A DNA stretch of 64,000 bases from Chitinophagaceae bacterium (GCA_016786805.1 JAEUVP010000557.1:8710-72709); one strand, 5' to 3'; shown: positions 1 through 9,477, counted from the stretch's first letter. Notes: generated by a model from the sequence alone, not told the origin. Translations and numbers: made by a program.

Positions 1-384
1 ACACTTAACGAGAATGGACTTTTTACATTTCATGACCAAGGCTGCTACGGGCAAAAGTTTTCACAAGGACGATGGTCTAAAAATAACGGCTTAATTCAGT
101 TAACAAGTTTTGACATTTTTAAACAACAAGAAGAAACCAAACCGGCCACGATAGCAGAAGTTCATCAAAAGAAACCAAACCGAGAATTAGAAGAAGGGGA
201 TGTTGAGTATTCATTTGTAGGTTTTGATAAGGCCGCATCTCAAATTTTGCCAGGACCCAACGACACTGTTAGGGTCTATTTGGATAAGATCCAATTGCAA
301 GTAAGAAATGACACTTTGTATTGCGTGGGATCAAACAATTTACCTGAAGAAGCAAGGTTTCATCGAAAAAAAAACAACCGCTAA
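1..384 (+). CDS. hypothetical protein, 3' fragment (5' end lies outside the window)
   Basis: Frame 1 is open from base 1 to TAA at 382-384 (ends ...LYCVGSNNLPEEARFHRKKNNR*). No domain recognised. Confidence 0.35.
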   Translation, partial: TLNENGLFTFHDQGCYGQKFSQGRWSKNNGLIQLTSFDIFKQQEETKPATIAEVHQKKPNRELEEGDVEYSFVGFDKAASQILPGPNDTVRVYLDKIQLQVRNDTLYCVGSNNLPEEARFHRKKNNR

Positions 385-407
385 CAAGGGGTTTGGCGTC
401 ATGGCGG

Positions 408-470
408 CTTTACGAATAAATACTGATCGATATAACGCTGCTGAGCGACATATCCAACTTTACGAATAAA
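408..470. repeat. 13-nt direct repeat CTTTACGAATAAA, two copies (408-420 and 458-470)
   Basis: Exact 13-mer seen twice, 50 nt apart, in the intergenic region. Confidence 0.6.
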
Positions 471-492
471 GCCCAGCTGTAGAATATATTCT
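468..492. repeat. left arm of an imperfect inverted repeat: AAAGCCCAGC-N3-AGAATATATTCT
   Basis: 12-bp perfect palindrome AGAATATATTCT at 481-492, preceded by AAAGCCCAGC at 468-477. Partner lies in inverted orientation at 1671-1708. Confidence 0.5.
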
Positions 493-598
493 CATCTTCA
501 TATCTTTGATCAGCACCAGTCCCGGCTGACGTAACACGGAATATCGCCACGTCGCCAAGCCCGGACGTTGGCTACAAGTTAAACAGACAATTCACAAA

Positions 599-901
599 AT
601 GCGAGAAAAAAAGTTATTGAATTTCACATTTATAGTAAATTTTCGAGGTGGAACCTATTGTTCGCAAGTTCAAGCAACCGAAGTAAACAGATCTACTCTT
701 GAATGGATTAAACAAATTGAGAAAGTGAAAGATCAAATAAAATATTTAGGGGATAAAATTATTGAAGAATTAAAAAAGGAAGCAATGAATGAGGACAACA
801 ACGTTACACCCTTAAGCGGTCTTAAAAACATTTGGTTTACCCTCTATTCAACAAAACAAGGCTCATTTTTTATAAACATCGTCCAGACAGACATTCCATA
901 A
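599..901 (+). CDS. hypothetical protein (100 aa)
   Basis: ATG-initiated ORF in an otherwise empty region. No domain recognised. Confidence 0.4.
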   Translation: MREKKLLNFTFIVNFRGGTYCSQVQATEVNRSTLEWIKQIEKVKDQIKYLGDKIIEELKKEAMNEDNNVTPLSGLKNIWFTLYSTKQGSFFINIVQTDIP

Positions 902-999
902 CCTGCAGCCAAAAAGTCGTTTTGCAAAAATGTGGCTGGACAATCATTAACAAACTTTAATTTTTAACTTCAGCAAATTAACAATATTCCGCTGAGGTT

Positions 1000-1632
1000 G
1001 TGGGCGGATACAATTCTAAGTCCACATCTTTGCAAAGCGCCGGCTCGTTGACTGCTATCTTTTCAGACTCTCTAAAATTCAAAAATTACCGACTAGTGAT
1101 AAACTTTGAAAATTACATAATTAGACCATTAGAAGTTAGCGACTTAGAATCGTATTTTGACCTGGTTGATAGAAACAGGAAAAGGCTTGAAGACTTTTTT
1201 ACCGGGACAGTTTCAAGGACAAAAGACCTTGTGGAAACAGAAATGTTTTTAATAGAGCTAACAGCTAAAAGAGATTCTAAACAATATTTTCCGTTTATCC
1301 TGGTGGACAATTCAACAAATGAGTTTATAGCTTTCATTGATTTGAAAAATTTGGACTGGACAATTCCAAAAACTGAAATTGGTTGTTATACAGACACAAA
1401 ATTTGCAGGAAAAGGTTTGACAACAAAAGCGATAAACCTCTTTCTGGATTATTGCTTTGAACATTTTGGATTTAAAAAAATATATCTCAGGACACATTAC
1501 TCGAATAAACCAGCACAGACTTTAGCTGAGAAATGTGGTTTTGAAAAAGAAGGAATTATCAGGATGGATTATAAGACAACATCGGGCGAAATTGTAGACT
1601 TAATCTATTACGGCAGGCTCAACAATAAATAA
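1000..1632 (+). CDS. GNAT family N-acetyltransferase (RimJ/RimL-like)
   Basis: IIRPLEVSDLESYFDLV N-terminus and acetyl-CoA motif region TKFAGKGLTTKAINLFLDYCFEHFGFKKIYL...NKPAQTLAEKCGFEKEG. Start is uncertain (GTG at 1000, no nearby in-frame ATG). Confidence 0.75.
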   Translation: MGGYNSKSTSLQSAGSLTAIFSDSLKFKNYRLVINFENYIIRPLEVSDLESYFDLVDRNRKRLEDFFTGTVSRTKDLVETEMFLIELTAKRDSKQYFPFILVDNSTNEFIAFIDLKNLDWTIPKTEIGCYTDTKFAGKGLTTKAINLFLDYCFEHFGFKKIYLRTHYSNKPAQTLAEKCGFEKEGIIRMDYKTTSGEIVDLIYYGRLNNK

Positions 1633-1670
1633 CACAACGTACAACATGGGTATCCAATAGGGCACGGCGG

Positions 1671-1708
1671 AGAATATATTCTCAGGAGTTTGTTCGCTGC
1701 TGGGCTTT
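1671..1708. repeat. right arm of the inverted repeat: AGAATATATTCT-N16-GCTGGGCTTT
   Basis: Same 12-bp palindrome at 1671-1682 (14-bp palindrome GAGAATATATTCTC at 1670-1683). GCTGGGCTTT at 1699-1708 is the reverse complement of 468-477. Confidence 0.5.
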
Positions 1709-1883
1709 CGCTTCAGGAGAAGAATAACCCCGGTCACAGAATAAACAATGAACCTTTGCATCTTTAACCAGCAACGGCAACGGGCAGACAGAACACAGAA
1801 TACCACCTCAACGCCAATGCTTTTACGTTACGCATCCTTTTGCAACGACAGAAAAAGTAAACTGACATGTAAAATAATCTCTT

Positions 1884-2307
1884 ATGACGTCAGTGAATCC
1901 ATACCTTTATTTTAATGGTATGTGAAGATGCATTTACTTTCTATAAATCAGTTTTCCAGCAGGAGTTTACTTACATCGGGCGCTATAAAGATGTTCCAAA
2001 AACGGATAGACACATGTTTCAGGAAGCTGACGAGAAAATTATGCATATCTCCTTACCCATAAGCACAGAAACAATCTTAATGGGCGCTGGCAACACAGAA
2101 GCATATAAAGAATCAATAGCTTATAGTAACTTTTCTCTGATCATTCATACGGATAGTAAGGGAGAGGCAGACAGGTTATTTGATAAACTTTCTGAAAGTG
2201 GTCAGGTAAAGCTGCCGATGAATTTAACATGCTGGGGTTCGTATTATGGTATTTGCGTTGACAAATTTGGAATTACTTGGAAGATCACTACAGAAGCCAT
2301 AAAATAA
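1884..2307 (+). pseudogene. VOC / PhnB-like glyoxalase-fold protein, frameshifted near 1920
   Basis: ATG 1884 gives MTSVNPYLYFNGM* (stop 1923-1925). The frame starting at 1915 continues CEDAFTFYKSVFQQEF... Together they rebuild the family N-terminus NPYLxFNG-x-CExAFxFYKxVF. Only one base (a1920) separates GGT from TGT. Confidence 0.6.
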
Positions 2308-2541
2308 AACAAATCGTTTATTTTTGCAGGTGGACAAGAAACGAACGGAAAACTTTGCAAGAAACGGATGAGTATGACTAAGATCAGGCCGGGCTTTTTC
2401 ACTTGTGCTTTTGTAATTACCTTTATACTTGGTTAACTACCGGACAGCGGTTCGGGTTGTACGGATCACATCATATTAGCACAGCAGCAAACCCGGCCGT
2501 TACCACCAGGTGTAAAAGACGGTAGAAACAACAACAAAACA

Positions 2542-3120
2542 ATGAAAAAGACACTTTTTGACTTTATAGCAAAATACATTACGCTCACAGAAGATGAGAA
2601 GAACGCATTACTTTCACTGGACCTGTTTCGCTCGGTAAAGAAAGGGACGATATTACTCAAAGAAGGACAGAAATCAATCAATAGCTACTTTGTTTTAAAA
2701 GGCTGTATCCGGGTCTATTACCTGATAGACGGGGAAGAAAAAACGACTGCCTTTTATACAGAAATGGACGCTTTAACACCTCATTGTGTTATGAGTCAGG
2801 CTCCTTCTGAATATTTCATTAGTTGTGTGGAAGACAGTATCCTCACGGTTTCCAATGCCGATATGGAAGCCGAAATAAACAGTAAATTCCCAAAGTTTGA
2901 AATAATGTGCCGGGTATTGTCGCAGGAATTGTTAGCTAAACAACAAATTGACTTTGACGAGTTTAAAACTTCATCCCCTGAACAACGATACCTGAACTTA
3001 CTGCAAAAAAGACCGGATCTCATTCAGCGTGTTCCTCAACACCAGTTAGCGAGCTATTTAGGGATCAAACCGCAATCATTAAGCAGGCTGAGAACAAGAA
3101 TTCTTGAAAAAAGCAACTGA
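2542..3120 (+). CDS. Crp/Fnr family transcriptional regulator
   Basis: cNMP-binding-like beta-roll (YFVLKGCIRVYYLIDGEEKTTAF) plus C-terminal HTH (VPQHQLASYLGIKPQSLSRLR). Clear paralog of 24831-25421. Confidence 0.9.
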   Translation: MKKTLFDFIAKYITLTEDEKNALLSLDLFRSVKKGTILLKEGQKSINSYFVLKGCIRVYYLIDGEEKTTAFYTEMDALTPHCVMSQAPSEYFISCVEDSILTVSNADMEAEINSKFPKFEIMCRVLSQELLAKQQIDFDEFKTSSPEQRYLNLLQKRPDLIQRVPQHQLASYLGIKPQSLSRLRTRILEKSN

Positions 3121-3130
3121 AACACATTTC

Positions 3131-3174
3131 TTAACTTAAGTGAACGGAGCCTCGTAGCCCCAAATTTACTTTTG
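3131..3174 (+). promoter_or_regulatory. FNR-type box TTAACTTAAGTGAA (3131-3144) plus -7 box TACTTTTG (3167-3174)
   Basis: 5-4-5 palindrome 11 nt after the regulator stop. Box start to -7 start is 36 nt. The -7 box matches TAnnTTTG. Target ATG at 3203. Confidence 0.65.
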
Positions 3175-3202
3175 CAGTATCGTTTCACTTAAAAGGAAAG
3201 AA

Positions 3203-3844
3203 ATGCAAAAGAAAATATTATGGATTGGACTTACCCTGTTTTGGGCAGGCAGTTTCAGGGTGAATGCACAGGATCAGGACAGCTCTTACAAGCGATGGTT
3301 CGTTGGAAGCACCTTCTATTTATTGGGAAATTTTGATAACGTAAATAACCCGGAGTATGTACAATTAAATGTTGGATACAGGATTACCCCTAAAGATGTT
3401 GTTTCCATTAGATTCAAAAGATCCATTTATGCCTGGCCATTAGGTATCCCTTTTGCGTCATCCTCCTTTGATGCGCCGGGACAGAATTATCCCGGGCATG
3501 CCCGCATATTGGCACCTACAGTAGGATACCAGCGGTTTTGGTGGAAAGGAGCTTACACATCCGTTCAGGCGTTGCATGCGTTTGAAAAATACATGGATGC
3601 GAATAAGAAAAAGATCGGCAATGGCTACACGTTATACCTGGACTTTTATTTGGGTTACCAGTTTACCTTTTTTAAAAAACGGTTCTTTTTTGAACCAGCT
3701 ATAGGATGCAGTTACTGGCCGGTAAGAACCGGCGTTCCGGCATCTTTTAAAGCCGTAGAAAAAAAATGGTCTAACTACTTTATTCAACCCGGGCTTGATT
3801 TTGGGTATAATTTCAATGTTAAAAAGAAAAAAAGAAAGCTGTAG
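3203..3844 (+). CDS. secreted / outer-membrane-type protein, paralog of 4057-4683
   Basis: Signal peptide MQKKILWIGLTLFWAGSFRVNAQ. Shared blocks KRWFVGST..LLGN, QLNVGYRIT.KDV, YAWP.G, VGYQRF.WKG. Aromatic-rich C-terminal FGYNF. Confidence 0.6.
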   Translation: MQKKILWIGLTLFWAGSFRVNAQDQDSSYKRWFVGSTFYLLGNFDNVNNPEYVQLNVGYRITPKDVVSIRFKRSIYAWPLGIPFASSSFDAPGQNYPGHARILAPTVGYQRFWWKGAYTSVQALHAFEKYMDANKKKIGNGYTLYLDFYLGYQFTFFKKRFFFEPAIGCSYWPVRTGVPASFKAVEKKWSNYFIQPGLDFGYNFNVKKKKRKL

Positions 3845-3983
3845 TCCATCAGCTGGGTAACTCTTGGCGTATTTAAATAAAGGAATTACTGTTCCAATAC
3901 GCGGTGATGGTCAGAATTTTTGAAAAAATAGTTGCTGATGCCGTACGCAAGAAGGCTTGAAAAAAAGAGCGAACCCATATTTA

Positions 3984-4028
3984 TTAACTTAAGTTAACCG
4001 GTCATGGCAACGCGGCGATCGACTTTTG
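3984..4028 (+). promoter_or_regulatory. FNR-type box TTAACTTAAGTTAA (3984-3997, perfect palindrome) plus -7-like GACTTTTG (4021-4028)
   Basis: Spacing 37 nt. ACTTTTGCAGTAT and the leader ..AAAAGGAAGAAATGCAAAAGAAA are shared with the 3131-3205 promoter. Confidence 0.65.
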
Positions 4029-4056
4029 CAGTATTGTTTAACCTAAAAAGGAAGAA

Positions 4057-4683
4057 ATGCAAAAGAAACTCTTATTGATTGCTGTTGTCGTATGGATGAC
4101 CAGTGCGCTCCCACTCAAAGCGCAGTATGCCAGGACAGACAGCACCCACAAAAAGTGGTTCGTGGGCAGCACGTTATTTCTATTGGGCAATTTGGCTTCC
4201 ACAAATCCCCCCGGCTTCTTTCAACTCAATGTTGGCTACCGGATCACCGCAAAAGATGTAATTACTATAGAACCAAAAACCTGGAAATATGCCTGGCCGA
4301 ACGGCATTCACCCATTTTTGAACAAAGCATACGGAAAAGCGGAAGAAGAATTTCCCGGTTATATTCGTGAGTACGGCGTTGCAGTGGCGTACCAGCGATT
4401 CTTCTGGAAAGGCTTATATGCCGAATTGAACGTGATGCCTTCCTGGCAAACTTTTGTAAATGAGGACGGCCATAAAATTGACAATGGATTCCAGGTCTTT
4501 AATACCTACCGGGCTGGATATCACATCAAACTTTTTAAGGACCGTATATTTATTCAACCATCCCTTGCCATTACCCACCGGGCATATCACACAAGGATGC
4601 CGGGCGGATTTAAACAATTAGATGATAAATGGTCGAAATTTGTCTTCGGCGAACCCGGATTTCATGTGGGGTTTAATTTTTAG
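4057..4683 (+). CDS. secreted / outer-membrane-type protein, paralog of 3203-3844
   Basis: Signal peptide MQKKLLLIAVVVWMTSALPLKAQ. Same conserved blocks as 3203-3844. Ends HVGFNF. Confidence 0.6.
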   Translation: MQKKLLLIAVVVWMTSALPLKAQYARTDSTHKKWFVGSTLFLLGNLASTNPPGFFQLNVGYRITAKDVITIEPKTWKYAWPNGIHPFLNKAYGKAEEEFPGYIREYGVAVAYQRFFWKGLYAELNVMPSWQTFVNEDGHKIDNGFQVFNTYRAGYHIKLFKDRIFIQPSLAITHRAYHTRMPGGFKQLDDKWSKFVFGEPGFHVGFNF

Positions 4684-4725
4684 TTGATAACTTATTGAAT
4701 ACATAAAAAAGAAGAAATCTATACA

Positions 4726-5286
4726 ATGGAAGTATTGAATATCCAAACAACACGAATTAACATTCGGCACCTCAGATTATCTGACCTGGCTGACTTTCAT
4801 AGTTATAGATCAAATCCGGAAGTTACAAAATATCAGGGGTTTGATGTTATGACAATAGACCAGGCTGAAGAATTTATTAAAGATAACTCTGCAAAACATT
4901 TTGGTAAAGCCGGAGAATGGGTACAGTATGGAATTGAAAATACTGAAACAACAAAACTTATCGGGGACTGTGCAATTAAACTTGACCTGTATGACACAAG
5001 AATCGCAGAAATAGGTATCACTATTTCGCACCTCGAACAACAAAGAGGTTTCGCGAAAGAAGCATTACTCGGCATCTTGTCATTTTTATTTGACATAAAA
5101 GAAATACACAGAGTAGTCGAAATTGTGGATGTTGAGAATCTGGCTTCAATTAACCTGTTAAAAAGTACAGGGTTCAGGCAAGAAGGACATTTTATCGAAA
5201 ATATATTCTTCAAAGGAAAATGGGGAAGTGAATATCAATATGCAATGCTGAAGCGGGAATGGGACAATAGAAAAAAAATAAATTGA
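4726..5286 (+). CDS. GNAT family N-acetyltransferase (RimJ/RimL-like)
   Basis: INIRHLRLSDLADFHSYRSNPEVTKYQ N-terminus. Acetyl-CoA motif region QQRGFAKEALLGILSFLF...NLASINLLKSTGFRQEG. Confidence 0.8.
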   Translation: MEVLNIQTTRINIRHLRLSDLADFHSYRSNPEVTKYQGFDVMTIDQAEEFIKDNSAKHFGKAGEWVQYGIENTETTKLIGDCAIKLDLYDTRIAEIGITISHLEQQRGFAKEALLGILSFLFDIKEIHRVVEIVDVENLASINLLKSTGFRQEGHFIENIFFKGKWGSEYQYAMLKREWDNRKKIN

Positions 5287-5290
5287 AAAA

Positions 5291-5761
5291 ATGATGTTGA
5301 TAAGGGAAGCTAAGATTGAAGACATAAAGCAGATCCAGGTAATAAGAAATGCTGTGACAGAAAATACCTTGTCCGATCCCGGCCTGGTAACAGACGAAGA
5401 CTGTAAAGAATTTATTACCGTAAGAGGAAAGGGATGGGTCTGTGAAATGAACCGGCAAATTGTGGGCTTTTCCATAGTGGACCTCCGTGAAAACAATATT
5501 TGGGCCCTGTTTGTAGACCCCGGCTTTGAGAAATTAGGCATCGGGCAGGCGCTGCACAACATAATGCTGGACTGGTATTTTACACAGACCAGGGAAAAAC
5601 TCTGGCTGGGAACAGAATTTAACACCAGGGCAGAAAACTTTTACAGGAAAGCCGGTTGGACGGAAGCAGGAACACACGGACCAACTGAAATAAAGTTTGA
5701 AATGACATATAATGACTGGATAGCTGGTCATCCCAATCACCCTGCCATACCTGGTGAGTAG
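5291..5761 (+). CDS. GNAT family N-acetyltransferase
   Basis: LFVDPGFEKLGIGQALHNIMLDW and NTRAENFYRKAGW motifs. Starts 5 nt after the preceding GNAT gene. Confidence 0.8.
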   Translation: MMLIREAKIEDIKQIQVIRNAVTENTLSDPGLVTDEDCKEFITVRGKGWVCEMNRQIVGFSIVDLRENNIWALFVDPGFEKLGIGQALHNIMLDWYFTQTREKLWLGTEFNTRAENFYRKAGWTEAGTHGPTEIKFEMTYNDWIAGHPNHPAIPGE

Positions 5762-6000
5762 TAATCAGAAAGATGCCAGGATACAGGCTGCACAGGTATA
5801 CCGCGGCTGCAGATTCGTCCGTTGCTATTCAACACCACAGTAAAGGAACGGGCTAATGCCCGATTCCTTTTATCCCGCATTCAATTCGTTTTTACCCGCA
5901 TTGAATGGTTTATATCAATTTCCCTTTTCCCGGCTGCTGATCTTGCAGTGAAATCAGGTGCAGTGATACAACAGCCTGAACACTCAAAAAATTAAAGAAA

Positions 6001-6759
6001 ATGGAAAAAGAGATTTTAAACCAGATGCAGGCCATTGAAAACCGGTATAAAAGGATGAAGCATTTTTTTATAGGGTTTGTCAGCCTCACATTGATCGGTA
6101 TGATCAGCTTTGGTTTCGCCAAAACCGACAAATTCTCGCTGATCAGGGCGAAAGGGATCATCATTGAAGATGAAAATGGTAAAGACAGAATTTTGATTGG
6201 GGCACCTGTACCTTATTCAAAGGACAGGGTCAGGACAGATACTAACCTGGTAAGAAAATACTTTGCAGGTGACATTTACCCCAAAGATCCAAACCAATAC
6301 ATGGAATGGTATAAAAAATACAGGCATTCAGCTTTTGGAATGGTGGTAATGAATGAAAAGGGAATAGATGTCATGCAGGCTGGTGATCAATTATCGGATC
6401 CCAATGTAGGCAGGAGGATCTTTTTACCTACCGGTATTCTTTTAAACAACCAAAAAGGACTGGAAGTGGGTGGTTTTGGTACACATACATTTGACGATGG
6501 GAGAAGTGGGGTGGCATTGGGCCTGGATGATCCGGGAAATGGCAGGGAAGCTTTTCATGCCTTAGTGCTGTCGGATGGGACCCGGGCTTTGATACTCCAG
6601 GATGCAAATGGAAAATTGGTGCTTGGATTTGGAAACGCCGGTACCAATATTTTCCGTAATAAAGATAGCCTGAACTTTGTGGGCATTAAGTATTTTGACA
6701 AGAAGGATAATTTGCTGTGGGAACAGAAAATGAATACTACAGGAAGTACAAAGAAATAA
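6001..6759 (+). CDS. membrane-anchored hypothetical protein
   Basis: One N-terminal hydrophobic helix (FFIGFVSLTLIGMISFGF) followed by about 200 aa of unassigned sequence. Confidence 0.5.
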   Translation: MEKEILNQMQAIENRYKRMKHFFIGFVSLTLIGMISFGFAKTDKFSLIRAKGIIIEDENGKDRILIGAPVPYSKDRVRTDTNLVRKYFAGDIYPKDPNQYMEWYKKYRHSAFGMVVMNEKGIDVMQAGDQLSDPNVGRRIFLPTGILLNNQKGLEVGGFGTHTFDDGRSGVALGLDDPGNGREAFHALVLSDGTRALILQDANGKLVLGFGNAGTNIFRNKDSLNFVGIKYFDKKDNLLWEQKMNTTGSTKK

Positions 6760-6877
6760 AAATACCACCCCCTGCCCTCCCGGGACTTCAATATATTCAC
6801 CCGGGATGCAGCAACTTTTTTGGTAATTTCATTTTTTGCCAACTCCGGCAGGCATCAGTAACCGGTAATCAATGTAA

Positions 6878-7921
6878 ATGAAACGCATCCCCTACTTACG
6901 TACATGGTATTTTGGGCTGATCTTTACAGTATTCTATTCATCGTTTATCTTCTACCTTTTTGCCACCCTGCACCCGGATGGTACGCCCTCGGACTGGGAA
7001 AGTTTTTTCTTTTACATCGCAGCGGGGCTCGCCACTTATTCTTCCATTTATCTTTGTTACCGGCTCCTTCGTAAAAAGGAAAACAGGATGTCGGTCGGTT
7101 CTTTCTTTACCTTACTTTTTGTGGTCAGCCTGCTTTTGTTCCCTGTTGTTTACGGCATCTATTATGGTGTCATTGTAAACCGGATGATATACCGGGGCGG
7201 CGCCACGATAGCCATTATATTGCGGGAAGCCCGGATTATGGTGGGTGTATTTCATGTACCCATTTGCTTTTCAATTATTGTGGGACTGTACAACGAAAAA
7301 GTCTTCCGGCTTAACCAGGACATCCTTGAAAAAGAGAAAATGCTTTCAGAAACCCGCCTGGTACAATTGCAGCAGCAGGTAGATCCGCATTTTCTGTTCA
7401 ACAATCTCAACATCCTGTCTGCACTCATTCAACGTTCGCCGGCACAGGCAGAAATATTTTCACAGCGGCTATCGGAAATGTACCGGTACCATCTGCGGTC
7501 AGGCAGGCAGCCATTGGTCACCCTCCGGGATGAATTGCAATACATGCAGGATTACTTATACCTGCTCCACTCCCGTTTCGGGGATGCATTCCGGCTGGAT
7601 CTGCAGGAAATGGAAACAATTTCGAAAGAGGAATTATTGATCGTAACCGGCACCCTGCAACTATTGATGGAAAATGTGGTGAAACACAATACAGCTTCTT
7701 TGCAACAGCCACTTACCGTTCGGGTCCGGATCAATAATGAAACCTTGCTGATGGAAAATGAAATTCGTTCCCGGGAAGCTGTTTCTGAAGGGGTGGGCTT
7801 GAAAAACCTGGAACGACGTTACCTGATTTTGTCGGGTAAAAAACTAATCTTCGGAGCAGCAGGCGGTGTTTTCCGCGTACAGGTACCTTTGATCAAACAA
7901 TTAAAATTGCATCGTACATGA
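6878..7921 (+). CDS. LytS/YehU-family sensor histidine kinase
   Basis: Multi-TM N-terminus. His_kinase box QVDPHFLFNNLNILSALI. ATPase boxes LLMENVVKHN and GVGLKNLERRY. Confidence 0.85.
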   Translation: MKRIPYLRTWYFGLIFTVFYSSFIFYLFATLHPDGTPSDWESFFFYIAAGLATYSSIYLCYRLLRKKENRMSVGSFFTLLFVVSLLLFPVVYGIYYGVIVNRMIYRGGATIAIILREARIMVGVFHVPICFSIIVGLYNEKVFRLNQDILEKEKMLSETRLVQLQQQVDPHFLFNNLNILSALIQRSPAQAEIFSQRLSEMYRYHLRSGRQPLVTLRDELQYMQDYLYLLHSRFGDAFRLDLQEMETISKEELLIVTGTLQLLMENVVKHNTASLQQPLTVRVRINNETLLMENEIRSREAVSEGVGLKNLERRYLILSGKKLIFGAAGGVFRVQVPLIKQLKLHRT

Positions 7922-8679
7922 ATGTAGTGATCGTTGAAGATGAATTGCCTGCCGCGGAGCAAATGCGCAGTTTTATAAATCGTTACCCCGAGCCTGTCAC
8001 GATTGGCGGGATGTACAGCACCTGTGCAGAGATCATCCAACATCTTGATGGAAATGACAATATAGATGTTGTCTTCTGTGATATTGAACTTCGTGATGGC
8101 AATGCATTGTCCGCCCTGCGGCAAACGGATCTCAAAACGGTCATTATTTTTACAACGGCGTATGATCATTTTTGGAACGAATCCCTGCAGCATAATGGGA
8201 TTGATTACTTACTCAAGCCCGTTACTGCTCAAAAAGTACACGCTGCACTGGATAAGGTGATGACCTTAAAACGAATTTTTACCAAAGATAATTTGTTGCT
8301 CAGGCAACTATCCGGAATGTTGCAGCAAAAGCCGGGTAACAGCTACAGGAAACGTTTTCCCGTGAGAGTGGCCGGGGAACTCTTTATTATTGATGTGGCC
8401 GACGTGATTTTTTTTCGCATCACCAACGGGGTCATTTTTGCGGTGCCGGGAGAAAAGAAAAAATACCCGCTCATGGAAGAAACCCTTTCCGCATTAGAAG
8501 AACAATTGGATCCGCAACAATTTTTCCGGGTTAACCGCTCGGATATTGTCAACATTAACTTTATCCGCTCTATTCGCATTACGGAAGGAAACGATTATAC
8601 TATACTGCTAAAAAATGTGGAAGATCAGTTGACCGTAAGTCAGTCAAGGATTACCCAACTGAAAGAATGGTTTGCCTGA
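7918..8679 (+). CDS. LytTR-family response regulator
   Basis: Receiver domain (VVIVEDELPAAE, VFCDIELRDGN) plus LytTR DNA-binding domain (FFRVNRSDIVNINFIRSI). ATGA overlap with the kinase at 7918-7921. Confidence 0.9.
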   Translation: MNVVIVEDELPAAEQMRSFINRYPEPVTIGGMYSTCAEIIQHLDGNDNIDVVFCDIELRDGNALSALRQTDLKTVIIFTTAYDHFWNESLQHNGIDYLLKPVTAQKVHAALDKVMTLKRIFTKDNLLLRQLSGMLQQKPGNSYRKRFPVRVAGELFIIDVADVIFFRITNGVIFAVPGEKKKYPLMEETLSALEEQLDPQQFFRVNRSDIVNINFIRSIRITEGNDYTILLKNVEDQLTVSQSRITQLKEWFA

Positions 8680-8867
8680 TGGTAGTAATGTATGGTCAGT
8701 TTTCAATTGAAAATCACTTCCAAACTGTACCCGCAAAGCCATACATTTACCAGCCAGATGTCCTTAACTCATAACAGTCCCGGCATCCCGGCCTGCCATT
8801 TTCATGTTGACGCTGAGCTGTTCCTGTCAACTGGTAAGAAAAATTATCTGGTCAACAAACAATCTTT

Positions 8868-9437
8868 ATGATTTCCCCGGAATTTTTATTTAGCAACATA
8901 CCTGAAAAACAGTCGAAATCATTCTTCGCTATCATTCAGAAAATTGGAAAAGAAAGAGCTGTTAAAAAAGGAGAACAGATTATCCGCCACGGGTCCTATC
9001 CTTCTTTCTTCTTTTATATCGTGGAAGGTGCGTTCAAAACTTCCATCACCAAAAATGATAAAGCCTGGATCCTGGGCTTCACCTTCAGGGCTGATGTGGA
9101 TGGCTGCCCGGCATCCTTATGGAAAGGGATGGCGAATAATTTTACCATCGAAGCTGTTACCGACAGTACAGTACTGGTTTGCGAATTAAACGATTTTCAA
9201 AAAGCCTGCCCGCCAAAAACATATTACACGATTACGACGAATATCATGGCAAATTATATTTCCATTTTGGAAAACAGGGTGATCGATGCCTTATCCTTAA
9301 CGGCAGAACAACGCTATGCAAACTTACTGGTGAAGCAACCTCACCTGCTGGAGAAAATACCGCTTTCGCTCGTCGCAGCCTATTTAGGTATTACACAAGA
9401 AAGGCTGAGTCGAATAAGAAAAAAATTAAACGTTTGA
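8868..9437 (+). CDS. Crp/Fnr family transcriptional regulator
   Basis: Beta-roll (FFFYIVEGAFKTSITKNDKAWILGF) and HTH (IPLSLVAAYLGITQERLSRIR). Confidence 0.85.
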   Translation: MISPEFLFSNIPEKQSKSFFAIIQKIGKERAVKKGEQIIRHGSYPSFFFYIVEGAFKTSITKNDKAWILGFTFRADVDGCPASLWKGMANNFTIEAVTDSTVLVCELNDFQKACPPKTYYTITTNIMANYISILENRVIDALSLTAEQRYANLLVKQPHLLEKIPLSLVAAYLGITQERLSRIRKKLNV

Positions 9438-9477
9438 CCTAGGTCAAATCAGGCAACCCGGCACTCCTGTACATTTG
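9434..9477 (+). promoter_or_regulatory. FNR-type box TTGACCTAGGTCAA (9434-9447) plus -7 box TACATTTG (9470-9477)
   Basis: Part of a perfect 16-bp palindrome TTTGACCTAGGTCAAA at 9433-9448 that overlaps the regulator stop codon. Spacing 36 nt. The -7 box is a perfect TAnnTTTG. Confidence 0.7.
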
